A stretch of 64,000 bases of DNA, from contig JAXGZF010000003.1 of assembly GCA_040771865.1 (NCBI GenBank), forward strand, positions 186,001 through 250,000, given 5' to 3'. The notes under the pieces were generated by a model. It made no database searches and had not been told where the DNA came from. It saw nothing but the letters and a program-made list of their open reading frames with translations. This document shows positions 9,930 through 20,008 of the stretch, piece after piece. How positions within the stretch are numbered: the first letter of the stretch is position 1; each line of letters starts with the position of its first letter. The stretch is from Desulfobacterales bacterium. GTDB taxonomy: Bacteria; Desulfobacterota; Desulfobacteria; Desulfobacterales; UBA2245. A program made the translations under genes and the position numbers.

Positions 9930-11195
9930 GTGAAGACCGAGTTTAACGAGATTGATGAAGGAACCGGATATATCGGCTACGGGGAAGCTCTCGATATCAT
10001 TCGAGCCAGCGTCCGGCCGGCAGGCGAGGAAACGCTTTCGCTCGACCGGTGCGTATGCCGGGTTGCCGCCGCCGACCTGACGGCGCTGGTGAGCTATCCT
10101 TCCGTGGATGTGTCGCTCAAGGACGGCTTTGCCGTCAAATCCGCCGATGTGGTTTATGCCGACAGGCGAAAACCGGTGCGTCTGAAGGTGGCAGGCACCG
10201 CATTCGCCGGCGGCGGATACGAGGGGCATGTAGCAGACGGCTCTGCGGTCAAGGTTTGTTCGGGCTCGCCGATACCGGACGGAACGGATGCCGTGGTTTC
10301 CATCGAGTTCTGCGAGAACGCATCGCCGGAAGCGGTCTTCATTCAAGCGGATGCCGGGGTGGGGCGGAATATACTGCGCGCCGGCGTCGAAGTGGAAGCC
10401 GGAACGACCATTGTCAGGAAAGGAGAAAGGCTTTTGCCCGGTCGCCTGGGGCTGGCGGCGGCAGCGGGCATCGCCGGGATAAGGGTTTTCCGTCGGCCGC
10501 GGGTGGCGATTGTCAGCGTCGGCGACGAGGTGGTGGCGCCTGGTGAAAAACTGCAAACCGGCCAGCTTTATGCCAGCAACATGGTCACCATAAAAGCCTG
10601 GCTGGATTTTTTCGGCATTTCCTGCGTGACTTCCATCGTGGCGGATCATGAAGACGCCATCGCTCGGGATCTGCAAAGGCATTTGCCTGAGACGGACGTC
10701 ATACTGACCAGCGGAGGCGCCCTGGGGAGCGAACGCGACCTGGTCATCGGGGTGTTGAACGCACTGGGCTGGCAAAAGCGGTTCCACTGCCTTCGCATGG
10801 GCCCGGGCAAGGGCAGCGCCTTCGGAATATGGGAGAACGTGCCGGTATTCTGTCTGCCGGGCGGGCCTTCCAGCAATAAGATGGCCTTTCTCCAGCTGGC
10901 ATTGCCCGCGCTGTTTCGCATGGGCGGCGAAACCCGGTTCCCGCTTCAGATTGTGCCCGCCAGACTGACCGAAGATGTGAAAAGCCGTCACCCGGCATGG
11001 ACGGAATTTAAGGATGCCGTCATAACCCCCGACGGAGGCGGCCATTATACGGTTTCACTCTATCGGAACAGAAGCCGTCTGCAGGCGATTGCCGGCGCCA
11101 GCGGCCTTGTCTGCATTCCGGAAGGCCGGGATGCCTTGCGCACCGGCGATGTCGTGCCGGTCCAGCTGCTCACGCCGGGGCTGAATGATTTGTAA
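9930..11195 (+). CDS. moeA: Molybdopterin molybdotransferase MoeA (gephyrin-like), divergent
   Basis: SLKDGFAV, GSPIPDGTDAVV, RPRVAIVSVGDE, TSGG, MGPGKG, FCLPGGP. Confidence 0.88.
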   Translation: MKTEFNEIDEGTGYIGYGEALDIIRASVRPAGEETLSLDRCVCRVAAADLTALVSYPSVDVSLKDGFAVKSADVVYADRRKPVRLKVAGTAFAGGGYEGHVADGSAVKVCSGSPIPDGTDAVVSIEFCENASPEAVFIQADAGVGRNILRAGVEVEAGTTIVRKGERLLPGRLGLAAAAGIAGIRVFRRPRVAIVSVGDEVVAPGEKLQTGQLYASNMVTIKAWLDFFGISCVTSIVADHEDAIARDLQRHLPETDVILTSGGALGSERDLVIGVLNALGWQKRFHCLRMGPGKGSAFGIWENVPVFCLPGGPSSNKMAFLQLALPALFRMGGETRFPLQIVPARLTEDVKSRHPAWTEFKDAVITPDGGGHYTVSLYRNRSRLQAIAGASGLVCIPEGRDALRTGDVVPVQLLTPGLNDL

Positions 11196-11449
11196 CCGAG
11201 CCGTTACCGGCAAGGGTTAACAAGTACCGGCAGGATTTTCTGAAAGAAGAGATCGGGTCATTCAGAAAACACGAAAAAACCGGGCGGACTTTGGAATCGG
11301 GCTTTTTCATTGATAGAATTGAACATGGGCTGTATAGAGAATTCAAACGTAATAAACCGGGATTAAAGAAGAAAGACCGGTAAGGCGTCCGCGGAATTAA
11401 GCAGGCTGACGATTTGCGCAGAAACAGCAGCCAAGCGATGGAGAAGTGT

Positions 11450-12154
11450 ATGAAAAGAACCATATTGTCCAGGGTATTCTTGTTTTTACCCGCATTCACA
11501 GCTGCAATTATCCTCACCGGATGCGCTGCTTCCATGGTACGATTCGATTACAAGGTGCCCTCATTAAAAGAAGAAGATCCGCATGCCGTCATTATAGAGG
11601 AAAATGCAACAAAAGGCCTGGTTACCTCAAAAATCAAGGGCTTCTATGTAGGCCCGACAGCTTCTCCTGAAAATTATGTAGAGCCCTATATTGCTGATTC
11701 CGACTTGAAAGCTTTTGCCAAGACAATGTACAGTATTACTCCCCACGGGATGCTCGCTCATGCAATCCACTTCAATAAGGGTCGAATGATTTCTGTTCCA
11801 TCAGGCAGAATAGGTATAGTCATCAACCATCATTACTACAGAGAATTATCCCGAAAAGCAATCGGCAGTCACGTTCAGGGGAATACCGTCTACACCACAT
11901 ACATGATTACCTACGATGAAAATATTTGGGATAGTACCATGTGGGTAACGCTGAAGACAGAAAAAGAATACAGACTTGACCTCAGCGCTTCGAAACTCAT
12001 GGGCCCGGAGGGAATCGTGCAAATCGAACAAGCGATAGTCAAAGAGGAACACAGCCTGGAAAGACAGCCCCTTGTCAAAAACGTGACTCTGGATAAAAAG
12101 GGCAATATTATTCCAGAGGAAAATTTGAACGCAAGAGACGACAAGACTCCTTAA
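11450..12154 (+). CDS. Hypothetical lipoprotein
   Basis: Lipobox ILTG-C after a hydrophobic signal; 234-aa ORF with no recognised domain. Confidence 0.7.
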   Translation: MKRTILSRVFLFLPAFTAAIILTGCAASMVRFDYKVPSLKEEDPHAVIIEENATKGLVTSKIKGFYVGPTASPENYVEPYIADSDLKAFAKTMYSITPHGMLAHAIHFNKGRMISVPSGRIGIVINHHYYRELSRKAIGSHVQGNTVYTTYMITYDENIWDSTMWVTLKTEKEYRLDLSASKLMGPEGIVQIEQAIVKEEHSLERQPLVKNVTLDKKGNIIPEENLNARDDKTP

Positions 12155-12248
12155 TCCAATTCCGGCGTCAAAACCGGGGCTTCAATGATTTCGCGTTTTA
12201 CAATGACCGGGATGGAACGGGTCTCAAAGGATCAAGGAAACTCGGGAT

Positions 12249-12695
12249 ATGAAAAGAATCCCCATTTTACTCATCCTCATTCTGATTTCGATGCATCCGG
12301 CGGGTAAAGCGGCCGGCGATTCAGAATTCCCGGAATGGATTGACGAACTGCATTCAATTGCAGCAATAACGTTCCGGACGCAGGTCGGTGCGTCTGCGGT
12401 GAAATTGCCCGATCGTATAGAAGATGGAAGATCCTTCACGGTCTGCTTGAAGGGACAAGGCGGTCTTGAAGATATTCCGGATCCGTTTGCAGCGATGGAG
12501 AGAATGTTTTGCATGAATGGCTGGAGATATGTTCCAGTGTACCAGGCTGATGGTCACAGCAGCTCATCCTTTGCTTACGAAAAAGGGAATCACCTTTGCA
12601 ATATCCATGTGAATATCGATTCCAGTTGCGATGACGAAGAAACCGGCCACGTTCCGAGTGAATTCTGGTTCGAAATATACTGTAGAGAGAAATAG
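12249..12695 (+). CDS. Hypothetical secreted Cys-containing protein
   Basis: Signal peptide MKRIPILLILILISMHPAGKA; 148 aa. Confidence 0.65.
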   Translation: MKRIPILLILILISMHPAGKAAGDSEFPEWIDELHSIAAITFRTQVGASAVKLPDRIEDGRSFTVCLKGQGGLEDIPDPFAAMERMFCMNGWRYVPVYQADGHSSSSFAYEKGNHLCNIHVNIDSSCDDEETGHVPSEFWFEIYCREK

Positions 12696-12785
12696 CCCGG
12701 TTTCCCAGACGGGATCTCAATTCGCTCTGGAATTTTAGCGGCGCTCACGGTAATGTTTTTATGACCCGTTCTCAGCCCGGTACAT

Positions 12786-12821
12786 AAAAAGGGGGGCAGA
12801 TTTGTTCGTCTGCCCCCCTTT
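12786..12821. terminator. Bidirectional intrinsic terminator
   Basis: AAAAAGGGGGGCAGA-loop-TCTGCCCCCCTTT between convergent genes. Confidence 0.85.
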
Positions 12822-12850
12822 GCTGTCAAGGCCTCAACTCAAGAGACTGG

Positions 12851-15800
12851 TTATTTTTCTGATCCGGCCGTGGAAATGAAGCAGGGGCCGGAATCGTTGT
12901 CGTCATCGGCGTCACTGACCATCACGGTTACGGAATCCCAGGCATTCTGACGGTCTGCATAGCGAAGGTCTCCGACTATGTGCGCCCATATATCACGTTT
13001 GCCGCTCGTATTCGGCGTCCATATCGTCCAGATGTAGGCGTCGCCCGGGGGCAGGCCTCTGACGAGCTCGGAAGCAATCAGCGTTCCGCCCTGTTTCGGA
13101 TCGCCGTCATAAAAGAGAGCGATAAAATTATGCGGGTGAGTGGTTTCAGTGTCGATGTGGACCCGCAGCCGGTAATGTTCTCCGGTTTTCAAAAAGACCG
13201 TTCCAGTGGATTTCAATCCATCTTCCGTTTCGATCGCCAATGCCTCTTCCACCATGACCGGTTTCGGGATTTCCATGGCCATGGCCTGGGCGGTTGGCTG
13301 CGGACCGACAAAAATGGGGTTGCTCCACGGAAAATATCCGATGTTGTTGCCGCCTTCGGCCTCCACGCTGAGCGCGGCATCCTTCCATCCTTCATGGATC
13401 TCGTTAACCTCGTTTTTCTCATCGATATGAACGATGAACCGGTATCCGTAATTCGGATTTCCCGTATTATTCAGACCGGTCGTATCCCAGTTGACGCAAA
13501 CCTCTTTCATGGACTCGCCGTTGGGCGTGGTGACTCCGTTCAGATTCGATACCTCGGCCGTCATTCCCGTCTGAGATACCGGTTCTCCGACAATCATGCC
13601 GCTAATGGAATCCCACAAGACGTAATAAAACTTCACCTCGAAGGGGCCGGTGTCCACGAAGCTGTAATTGTAAACCCGCACGCAGAGCTGAACGATGTCG
13701 CCGTCCGAGGGATTCCCGGACAGGTACTCATGTTCTCCGGTGACGGGGTTGGCCTCTCCGTCTCTGAGAAAAAAGCCCCGGATATTGTACTTCGACTCGT
13801 TCGGATTGAGGATGTAGTAGTCCTCGAGCTCATCCCCCTGCATCTTGTGAAGCAGAAACCGGTTGGGAAGATTCAGGGCCGGGTCGGGTTTTCTCCCGTA
13901 CTGCTTTTTCCACCACAGTATGCCATTTTGCGATCCGAGCGGATCGACCGCATGGGCGACCTTGAACATCCCCCCGCCGGAACTCACATAGGCGGCCGAG
14001 GTGAACGCATATCCCTTGGTTCCGTCTCTCATGGCCGGGCTGACGATCTTCATTCCCTTGGTTCCGGATGTTTCCTGTTTCGCGGTCTCACTGCCTCCCC
14101 AGCTCTGTTTGCTGTTGAGATTGAATTTGGTGGCAATGTCGACCTCGGCATTCGCGATTCCCGGAATCTTGACTTCGCTTTTGCTGCTGATGGACAGGTC
14201 GAGGCTCTCGCTGAGCGTGTTCGAGTATGATTTTTCGCTCTCGCTCCCCGCTTTGGTGGTGAATTCCATGCTCTTGTCCGTTTTGGTTCCACCCAGAACA
14301 ATGCTTTCCTCTGAGTTCATGATGTCGGTAACCGGTTCTTCGCTGCCGGGGATGGTAAATGATCCCAGATCCGGCGGGGTCCAGATGCGGTTCACATCTG
14401 GATTATACGGCGGATAGGAGAGGATGTTGTGATTTTCATGAAGAGGATGGTATTCATTTATGCCCAGTCCTGCTCCTCCAAAGGGAAATTCGGCGCCGGG
14501 CACGACCACCTGGTAATAACCGTAAGGATTATCCGGATCATCGGTCATGTATCCCACGATCGGGTAGAGCCAGATGTCCAGATCCTGGTATTTCCCGGTA
14601 AGATAGTCGTCGAGTTCCGTGAATACATTTTTCGTCTCGGTAACCTCGTAGTAGCTTGAGTCGATCTGGGATTGCGAGCTTTCATACTGATAACCCGCCT
14701 TGACAGAGGCGGAAGAGGTGATGGTTTCTCTTGCGATTTTACAGAATCCCGCACTGACGGTGGCTTGATAATCCAGGCTTGCTGCGCCGCCGATATCGTA
14801 GCTGCTTTGGCTCTTCTTGGTGGTCGTGAGGGCATCCGAAGTGGTGACCCCCATCTCGACATAAAATTCCTTGCTGGTATTCACGTTGACCACATCCCAG
14901 ATCCAGTCCGATTCGGGGCTGTCGGGATTGGTCGGAAGATAGTCCAGATGCTTCGGCGGTTCCTGTATCACATTGTTCAGTTGCGCAAGTCCTTTGACCG
15001 ACATGTGAATCGGAGGACCGAGACGCCAGGAATCTCCGTCCGCGTCCGTGGCCACAACGGAATAGGTCTGATATCCGCTATAAGAGGCTTTCCCGCACTG
15101 GGAAGACACTGCGGTAAGCGTTTTGGCGTCCTGAGACACCGTCCATAATCTCCAGTAATGACTCGGGTACATACTTGGAGTCACTGTGCCGCAGGCCGCA
15201 ATCTGCATGGTGGGAGAAGTTGCCTCGCCGCTCTGTCCGTGTCCCACAAAATTTCCAACCGCCAGCGACAGATCGGCGTCATCCTTTGAAACTCCTATGT
15301 CAGTCGGCAAAAGATCTTCCTTCTCTCCCAGCCTATTAAGGTATTGCCCGTTATATTCGAGAATTCCGACCGTAATTTTTGAATAGCTATCACACGGCCA
15401 ATAGCTGCCATAGCAGTCATCCTGATTCCACTGCACGGCGTACGCAATCTGACTTCGATTGACGTCAAAGCCGTTTGCCGGATCATAGTGGAACAGACCG
15501 GGTTTGATCCGCACGCCGCCGTTCCTGTAATCGGCATAATAGCTGAGGACCAACAGGTAACTTGTTTTGTAAATTACATTCAGGGATGAGTCCGCTTCGA
15601 AGAGATACGTGCCGACTCCTTCAGCGAGAAGAAGCTGGGCTTTACCGTTTCCTGCGAAATCCCCGGCCGCCAGGTCGAGGGAGTTCCAGTCGTAATAACG
15701 GCTGAAAGTATGAGTGTAGGGATTCTGGAAATCAATGGAATAAGTTCCGGAAGCATCATGGTAGTTCAGCCTTCCCATTGCAACGGTGCATTTGGTGTAG

Positions 15801-16627
15801 GCTTCCTTTGTGGCGACGGCGATCTCAAGCTTCCTGTCGCCGTCAAAATCCCCCAGGGCGACCGCCACGCCGTCTCCCCTGCTGCTTCCGGGATCGGTAG
15901 CGGTGTGGTATGGAATGGATCCGACGGCAAGCGTGTTGAGGTTATAGTCGAGCACCGTCACCTGCAATACTGTTCCGCTGGAATAACTGGTCACGTGGGC
16001 AATGACGATTTCATCATGGTAGAAGCCGTTTTCATCAACGAAAAGGTCGAGATCGCCTACCGCGATATCCATAAACTCATCCCTTGCCCAGGGCATGTCC
16101 TCGGCAAGGGATGCGCTTCTTACGGGTGAATTAAATCCCTTTTTCGGATCCAGCAGCGCGATTTCAAGCTTTCCGCTGGAAAGGTGCATGACGCGTGCGA
16201 CCTGGTCATGTGCGGGCTCCGCAATCCGGCCGGTTTCGATGATGCCGAGTCCGCTGTAGGTTGAGCAGTTCAGCGACTGGACTTGTTTGGTTTGAGTCCA
16301 GGAAGACAGGTCGTCGGCGCCCGGCTTTTTAAGATATGTGTCCTGTTCGCAAAGGCTGCTTACGCTCTGAAAATGCCATTCCAGAAGTTCCTCGTCACGG
16401 AATAACATGTTGCTTTGGATGGGGTTTGTATCGCCCGGATTTGTCAGTTCCTCTTCGGCCAGGGCCGGTTGGCTCCATCCTGCAGTCATCGCGGACAAAC
16501 CCATTGTCAGAAAAAAGAAGAGAAATAAAAAATGACATGTCTTTGTCCGCTTGAGCCGCTTGATCATAGCCGATGAATCTGACCGCGTTTCTGAAAATCT
16601 TCTTGAAAGCCTGATCTTGATCATCAT
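12851..16627 (-). CDS. Large secreted protein: FG-GAP/VCBS-like repeats, Ser/Thr-rich beta segments, CARDB-like Ig domains, CFI-box C-terminal tail
   Basis: Signal peptide; ALGDFDGDRKLEIAV, AAGDFAGNGKAQL, AVGNFVG repeats; VRVYNYS..GPFEVKFY..IDEKNEVNEIHE; C-terminus DDDNDSGPCFISTAGSEK. AAGGAGGG RBS before ATG 16627. Confidence 0.8.
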   Translation of the reverse strand: MMIKIRLSRRFSETRSDSSAMIKRLKRTKTCHFLFLFFFLTMGLSAMTAGWSQPALAEEELTNPGDTNPIQSNMLFRDEELLEWHFQSVSSLCEQDTYLKKPGADDLSSWTQTKQVQSLNCSTYSGLGIIETGRIAEPAHDQVARVMHLSSGKLEIALLDPKKGFNSPVRSASLAEDMPWARDEFMDIAVGDLDLFVDENGFYHDEIVIAHVTSYSSGTVLQVTVLDYNLNTLAVGSIPYHTATDPGSSRGDGVAVALGDFDGDRKLEIAVATKEAYTKCTVAMGRLNYHDASGTYSIDFQNPYTHTFSRYYDWNSLDLAAGDFAGNGKAQLLLAEGVGTYLFEADSSLNVIYKTSYLLVLSYYADYRNGGVRIKPGLFHYDPANGFDVNRSQIAYAVQWNQDDCYGSYWPCDSYSKITVGILEYNGQYLNRLGEKEDLLPTDIGVSKDDADLSLAVGNFVGHGQSGEATSPTMQIAACGTVTPSMYPSHYWRLWTVSQDAKTLTAVSSQCGKASYSGYQTYSVVATDADGDSWRLGPPIHMSVKGLAQLNNVIQEPPKHLDYLPTNPDSPESDWIWDVVNVNTSKEFYVEMGVTTSDALTTTKKSQSSYDIGGAASLDYQATVSAGFCKIARETITSSASVKAGYQYESSQSQIDSSYYEVTETKNVFTELDDYLTGKYQDLDIWLYPIVGYMTDDPDNPYGYYQVVVPGAEFPFGGAGLGINEYHPLHENHNILSYPPYNPDVNRIWTPPDLGSFTIPGSEEPVTDIMNSEESIVLGGTKTDKSMEFTTKAGSESEKSYSNTLSESLDLSISSKSEVKIPGIANAEVDIATKFNLNSKQSWGGSETAKQETSGTKGMKIVSPAMRDGTKGYAFTSAAYVSSGGGMFKVAHAVDPLGSQNGILWWKKQYGRKPDPALNLPNRFLLHKMQGDELEDYYILNPNESKYNIRGFFLRDGEANPVTGEHEYLSGNPSDGDIVQLCVRVYNYSFVDTGPFEVKFYYVLWDSISGMIVGEPVSQTGMTAEVSNLNGVTTPNGESMKEVCVNWDTTGLNNTGNPNYGYRFIVHIDEKNEVNEIHEGWKDAALSVEAEGGNNIGYFPWSNPIFVGPQPTAQAMAMEIPKPVMVEEALAIETEDGLKSTGTVFLKTGEHYRLRVHIDTETTHPHNFIALFYDGDPKQGGTLIASELVRGLPPGDAYIWTIWTPNTSGKRDIWAHIVGDLRYADRQNAWDSVTVMVSDADDDNDSGPCFISTAGSEK

Positions 16628-16886
16628 GATGCCCTCCTTAGAAGAATATATGTTGGAAATGGTCAATATACGGAAGATGGATTGACTTTCTATAATACAA
16701 AAACAATCCCATTAAACAGCTTGCATGTCAAATCAAATGCAAGTAGTTATGTACTTTATACCAATGATGATCCATCCGGCCGGCGCGCATGCTCCGAAAG
16801 CACGGTTTGCTGAAATCAACGTTCCTGCCGGCAAAAATCGATGGATGCGGTTTCTTTCCGGCAAACTTCAAACAACGGACGGGTTT

Positions 16887-17591
16887 ATGGAACCCATGAT
16901 GCTTCTGGAAACCGTGGCCGACATGGACGAGGCGGGCTGCCGCATTCAGCATCCCCATACCGAACGGTGGATCCGGATTCCGGCTGCCGATCTTTCAGGC
17001 ATTCTGGATCTGGTGCCCGGTGAAATCATTGCCGCATATCGGGAAGGATCGAGCGGTTCCCGCCTGGCGTTTATCGAGGCGGTCCTGGCGGCGCGTCTGA
17101 ACCGTCGTCTGCAGTCCGTCTGGATTCAGAGCGGGGACGCCATCAGCCTTCCTGCGGAAAAGACGGATCCGCCGGAAGGGTATTACTATCCGGAAAAAGA
17201 AAAGGCCGCCTTTTTTGAAGGGCATGGACGGATACCCGTGGATCCGTATCTCATCGTTCCCGTTCCCCGGCCGCAGGGGATCTTTCTGGAAAGGCTCGAG
17301 GCGGCAATCCGGCAATACGGCAGCGACCCTTACACGGCGCTGGCCGTTATCGGCCACGGAGCCTTTACCTGTCTGGTTCAGGCCAAGCGGTTAAACGGCC
17401 GGAAGCATCTGTTCGGCAAGCTCCTTCACAACGGATCGCGGTTCCTCTCGATGAACCACTGGGCGCGTGTATCCGGCTGGGATGCGGTCACCCTCATTCA
17501 GCGATGCGGCATCGATATCAGGAAGCTCCAGACCGTTTCAGAGATTGAAAGGGACCGGCTGAACGAGGCCGGCGAAGACAGGATTCCCTGA
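16887..17591 (+). CDS. Hypothetical protein
   Basis: Open frame of up to 288 aa filling the intergenic space; start uncertain (16725-16887). Confidence 0.55.
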   Translation: MEPMMLLETVADMDEAGCRIQHPHTERWIRIPAADLSGILDLVPGEIIAAYREGSSGSRLAFIEAVLAARLNRRLQSVWIQSGDAISLPAEKTDPPEGYYYPEKEKAAFFEGHGRIPVDPYLIVPVPRPQGIFLERLEAAIRQYGSDPYTALAVIGHGAFTCLVQAKRLNGRKHLFGKLLHNGSRFLSMNHWARVSGWDAVTLIQRCGIDIRKLQTVSEIERDRLNEAGEDRIP

Positions 17592-17595
17592 GGCT

Positions 17596-17614
17596 TTAAC
17601 AGGCTGTTGAAAAA
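17596..17614 (+). repeat. Solo terminal inverted repeat of the MITE family at 50066-50208
   Basis: TTAA-CAGGCTGTTGAAAAA, the exact reverse complement of the right end of the 50-kb element; no partner end seen. Confidence 0.6.
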
Positions 17615-17711
17615 CCGGCATCGGTTTCGGCAATCGCTCGATTCGCCGGGCCCCAAAAGCCGGGCCTGCGATTCAATCACCGGGCGAGGAACGGGGTTGA
17701 AAGGAGACTGA

Positions 17712-18290
17712 ATGGAAACGATGATGGCCCTTTTTATCGGCATCGGCTTAAGCGCGACATGCGGGTTCAGAATCTTCGTTCCGCTGCTGGGAATGAGCAT
17801 TGCCCACCAGACCGGGCACCTGGCGCTGTCTCCCGGATTCGAGTGGATCGGTTCCTGGCCCGCTTTGACTGCGTTCGCCGTTGCCGCCGTCGTCGAGGTG
17901 GTCGGCTACTACATACCCTGGGTGGACAACCTTCTGGACACTGTCGCCACACCGGGGGCGGTGGTCGCGGGGACCATTGTCACCGCATCCGTGATCGGCG
18001 ATGTGTCGCCATTTTTCCGCTGGTCGCTTGCCCTGATCGCCGGAGGCGGCGTCGCCGGAGTGATTCAGGGCTCAAGCGTGCTGGTGCGAAGCGCCTCGGC
18101 AGCCTCGACCGGCGGCGCCGGCAACCCTGCCGTTTCGACACTGGAACTGATGGCTTCGATTGCCGGAACCCTCGTTTCCATCCTGCTGCCGGTTATCGCG
18201 ATTGCTCTGGTCGTCCTGATCGTGTTCCTCCTTATCAGGCGGATTCTTCGCATGCGGGCCAGGCCCGCCAACCAGAGAAACGTTCAGTAA
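17712..18290 (+). CDS. DUF4126 family membrane protein
   Basis: GIGLSATCGFRIFVPLL, YYIPWVDNLLD, TGGAGNPAVSTLE. Confidence 0.88.
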   Translation: METMMALFIGIGLSATCGFRIFVPLLGMSIAHQTGHLALSPGFEWIGSWPALTAFAVAAVVEVVGYYIPWVDNLLDTVATPGAVVAGTIVTASVIGDVSPFFRWSLALIAGGGVAGVIQGSSVLVRSASAASTGGAGNPAVSTLELMASIAGTLVSILLPVIAIALVVLIVFLLIRRILRMRARPANQRNVQ

Positions 18291-18559
18291 CCGGATCCTG
18301 AAAACCGCCGCCAGGGTCCGCCATTCGGCGTTTGATTCGTCTTGATTCCCTGAACCCCGGCACATGCGCGGGCTTCAATATTTTCCTGGCTCGCAGAAAA
18401 CTTTCAGGAGGAAATTAAATATTCCGCAGTCGCCGAGGCAGCGGATTCTGAAGTAGCCTTGAAGCGGATTTTTGGCAGGCGCAGAACCTGAAGGGCGGAG
18501 TATTGACCCAGAATAAGATTACAGCCCTTGCAGACCGCGGTAAGACCGCCAACTTCAGC

Positions 18560-18937
18560 CTATTCTTTCACCTCAAAGAGATTGCCGTCGTAATCGGAAA
18601 TAAAAGTAACCACGCCGGAACCCTTGGGAACCTGAACAACCTTCAGGCCCGCCTTCCGGCTTTTGCTGACAACATTCATGAAATCATCCACCTGAATGCA
18701 GGAATGCGCGATCGGCCGCTCGGGCGCTTTATACTCCCGGTACACCAGTATTTCATAATGAACCGTTCCACTCCGGTAATGCATGATTAAAAAATCATCA
18801 TGAATTCCGAAAATGGCCTGGGTCAGCTTTTTGTCCAGGATCGCCGGCGCTGATTTTTCCAGTCCAAGGATATCGATAAAAAAACGGTCCGCCTTTTCCT
18901 CGCTGCTGGCGGCGAGTCCGGTGTGGATCAGCTTCAT
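18560..18937 (-). CDS. VOC/glyoxalase family protein
   Basis: HTGL...FFIDILGL...HSCIQVDD...FISDYDGNLFEVKE. Confidence 0.85.
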   Translation of the reverse strand: MKLIHTGLAASSEEKADRFFIDILGLEKSAPAILDKKLTQAIFGIHDDFLIMHYRSGTVHYEILVYREYKAPERPIAHSCIQVDDFMNVVSKSRKAGLKVVQVPKGSGVVTFISDYDGNLFEVKE

Positions 18938-18949
18938 TCAACCCGCCTT

Positions 18950-19966
18950 TCATTTTTCCTGGGGTTTGATGATGACCTTGAGGGATTCGTCTCCGGCCAG
19001 GAGCAACCTGAATCCCTTGTCGGCGTCTTTCAACGGCAGCCGGTGAGTGATGAGGTCATCCACTTGAATGACCCTGTTCGCAATCAGGTCGAGGGCCTCT
19101 TCAATATCCTGTGGCCCGCAATAATAGGACGTGCATATGCGTATTTCCTTTCTCCAGAAATCATTGACCGGAACCACCACCTCCTTATCGGGCCCGGGCA
19201 CGGAGAACAAAACCACCACTCCGCCCATATCCACGGTTTCCCAGGCCTGCTTCAAGGCGGACAGGGCCGAGGCGGTAACGATAACGGCATCGGCTTTCCG
19301 GCCGTTGAACCGCAGCAGCTCTTCCGGAACATCAGCGGCCGCGTCGGCGACATGGTCCGCGCCAAAATTCCTGGCCAGTTCGAGCCTTTTTTTATTGGTA
19401 TCGGTTGCCATGACCCTGCATTGTTTATGCTTGGCAAGCTGAATATGCAGGAGCCCCGACATGCCGGCGCCGAGTATGAGGACCGTCTGGCCCGCCTCGA
19501 TGGACGCCAGTCTCTGCGCCCTGACAACGCAGGCCAGGGGTTCGATGAATGTCGCCTGTTCATAGCTGACATTGTCCGGCAGCCGATAGACGCCGTTTGC
19601 AACCAGTTCTTTCGGCACCAGGATGTATTCCGCAAAGCCTCCCGGCAACCGGTCCTGAATTGCATTGCATTGAGGGTAATGCCCCTTCAGGCAATAAATG
19701 CATTTATGGCAGGGCACCTTGGGCGCGATGAAGAGCCGATCCCCTTTTTTGTACTGGCTGACTCCGGCGCCCGTTTCCACAACCTCCACCCCCGCCTCAT
19801 GGCCCTGAACTAGGGGGGCGCGGGGCAGACGGTACCACTCGACCACGTCGCTGCCGCATAGCCCGCAGGCCATGACCTTTACCAGCATCTCGCCCGGTCC
19901 GGGCGAAGGGGTTGGCGCTTCTTCCAGCCGTATGTCTTTGTTGTTGTACCACATGCATACCTGCAT
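18950..19966 (-). CDS. Zinc-dependent (sorbitol/threonine-type) dehydrogenase
   Basis: CGLCGSD, GHE, CHKCIYC..C structural Zn motif, GAGMSG. Confidence 0.9.
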   Translation of the reverse strand: MQVCMWYNNKDIRLEEAPTPSPGPGEMLVKVMACGLCGSDVVEWYRLPRAPLVQGHEAGVEVVETGAGVSQYKKGDRLFIAPKVPCHKCIYCLKGHYPQCNAIQDRLPGGFAEYILVPKELVANGVYRLPDNVSYEQATFIEPLACVVRAQRLASIEAGQTVLILGAGMSGLLHIQLAKHKQCRVMATDTNKKRLELARNFGADHVADAAADVPEELLRFNGRKADAVIVTASALSALKQAWETVDMGGVVVLFSVPGPDKEVVVPVNDFWRKEIRICTSYYCGPQDIEEALDLIANRVIQVDDLITHRLPLKDADKGFRLLLAGDESLKVIIKPQEK

Positions 19967-20008
19967 ATTGTTCCCACGCCGCCTTGTTAAAAGCGCCGGC
20001 AGGGCGCT

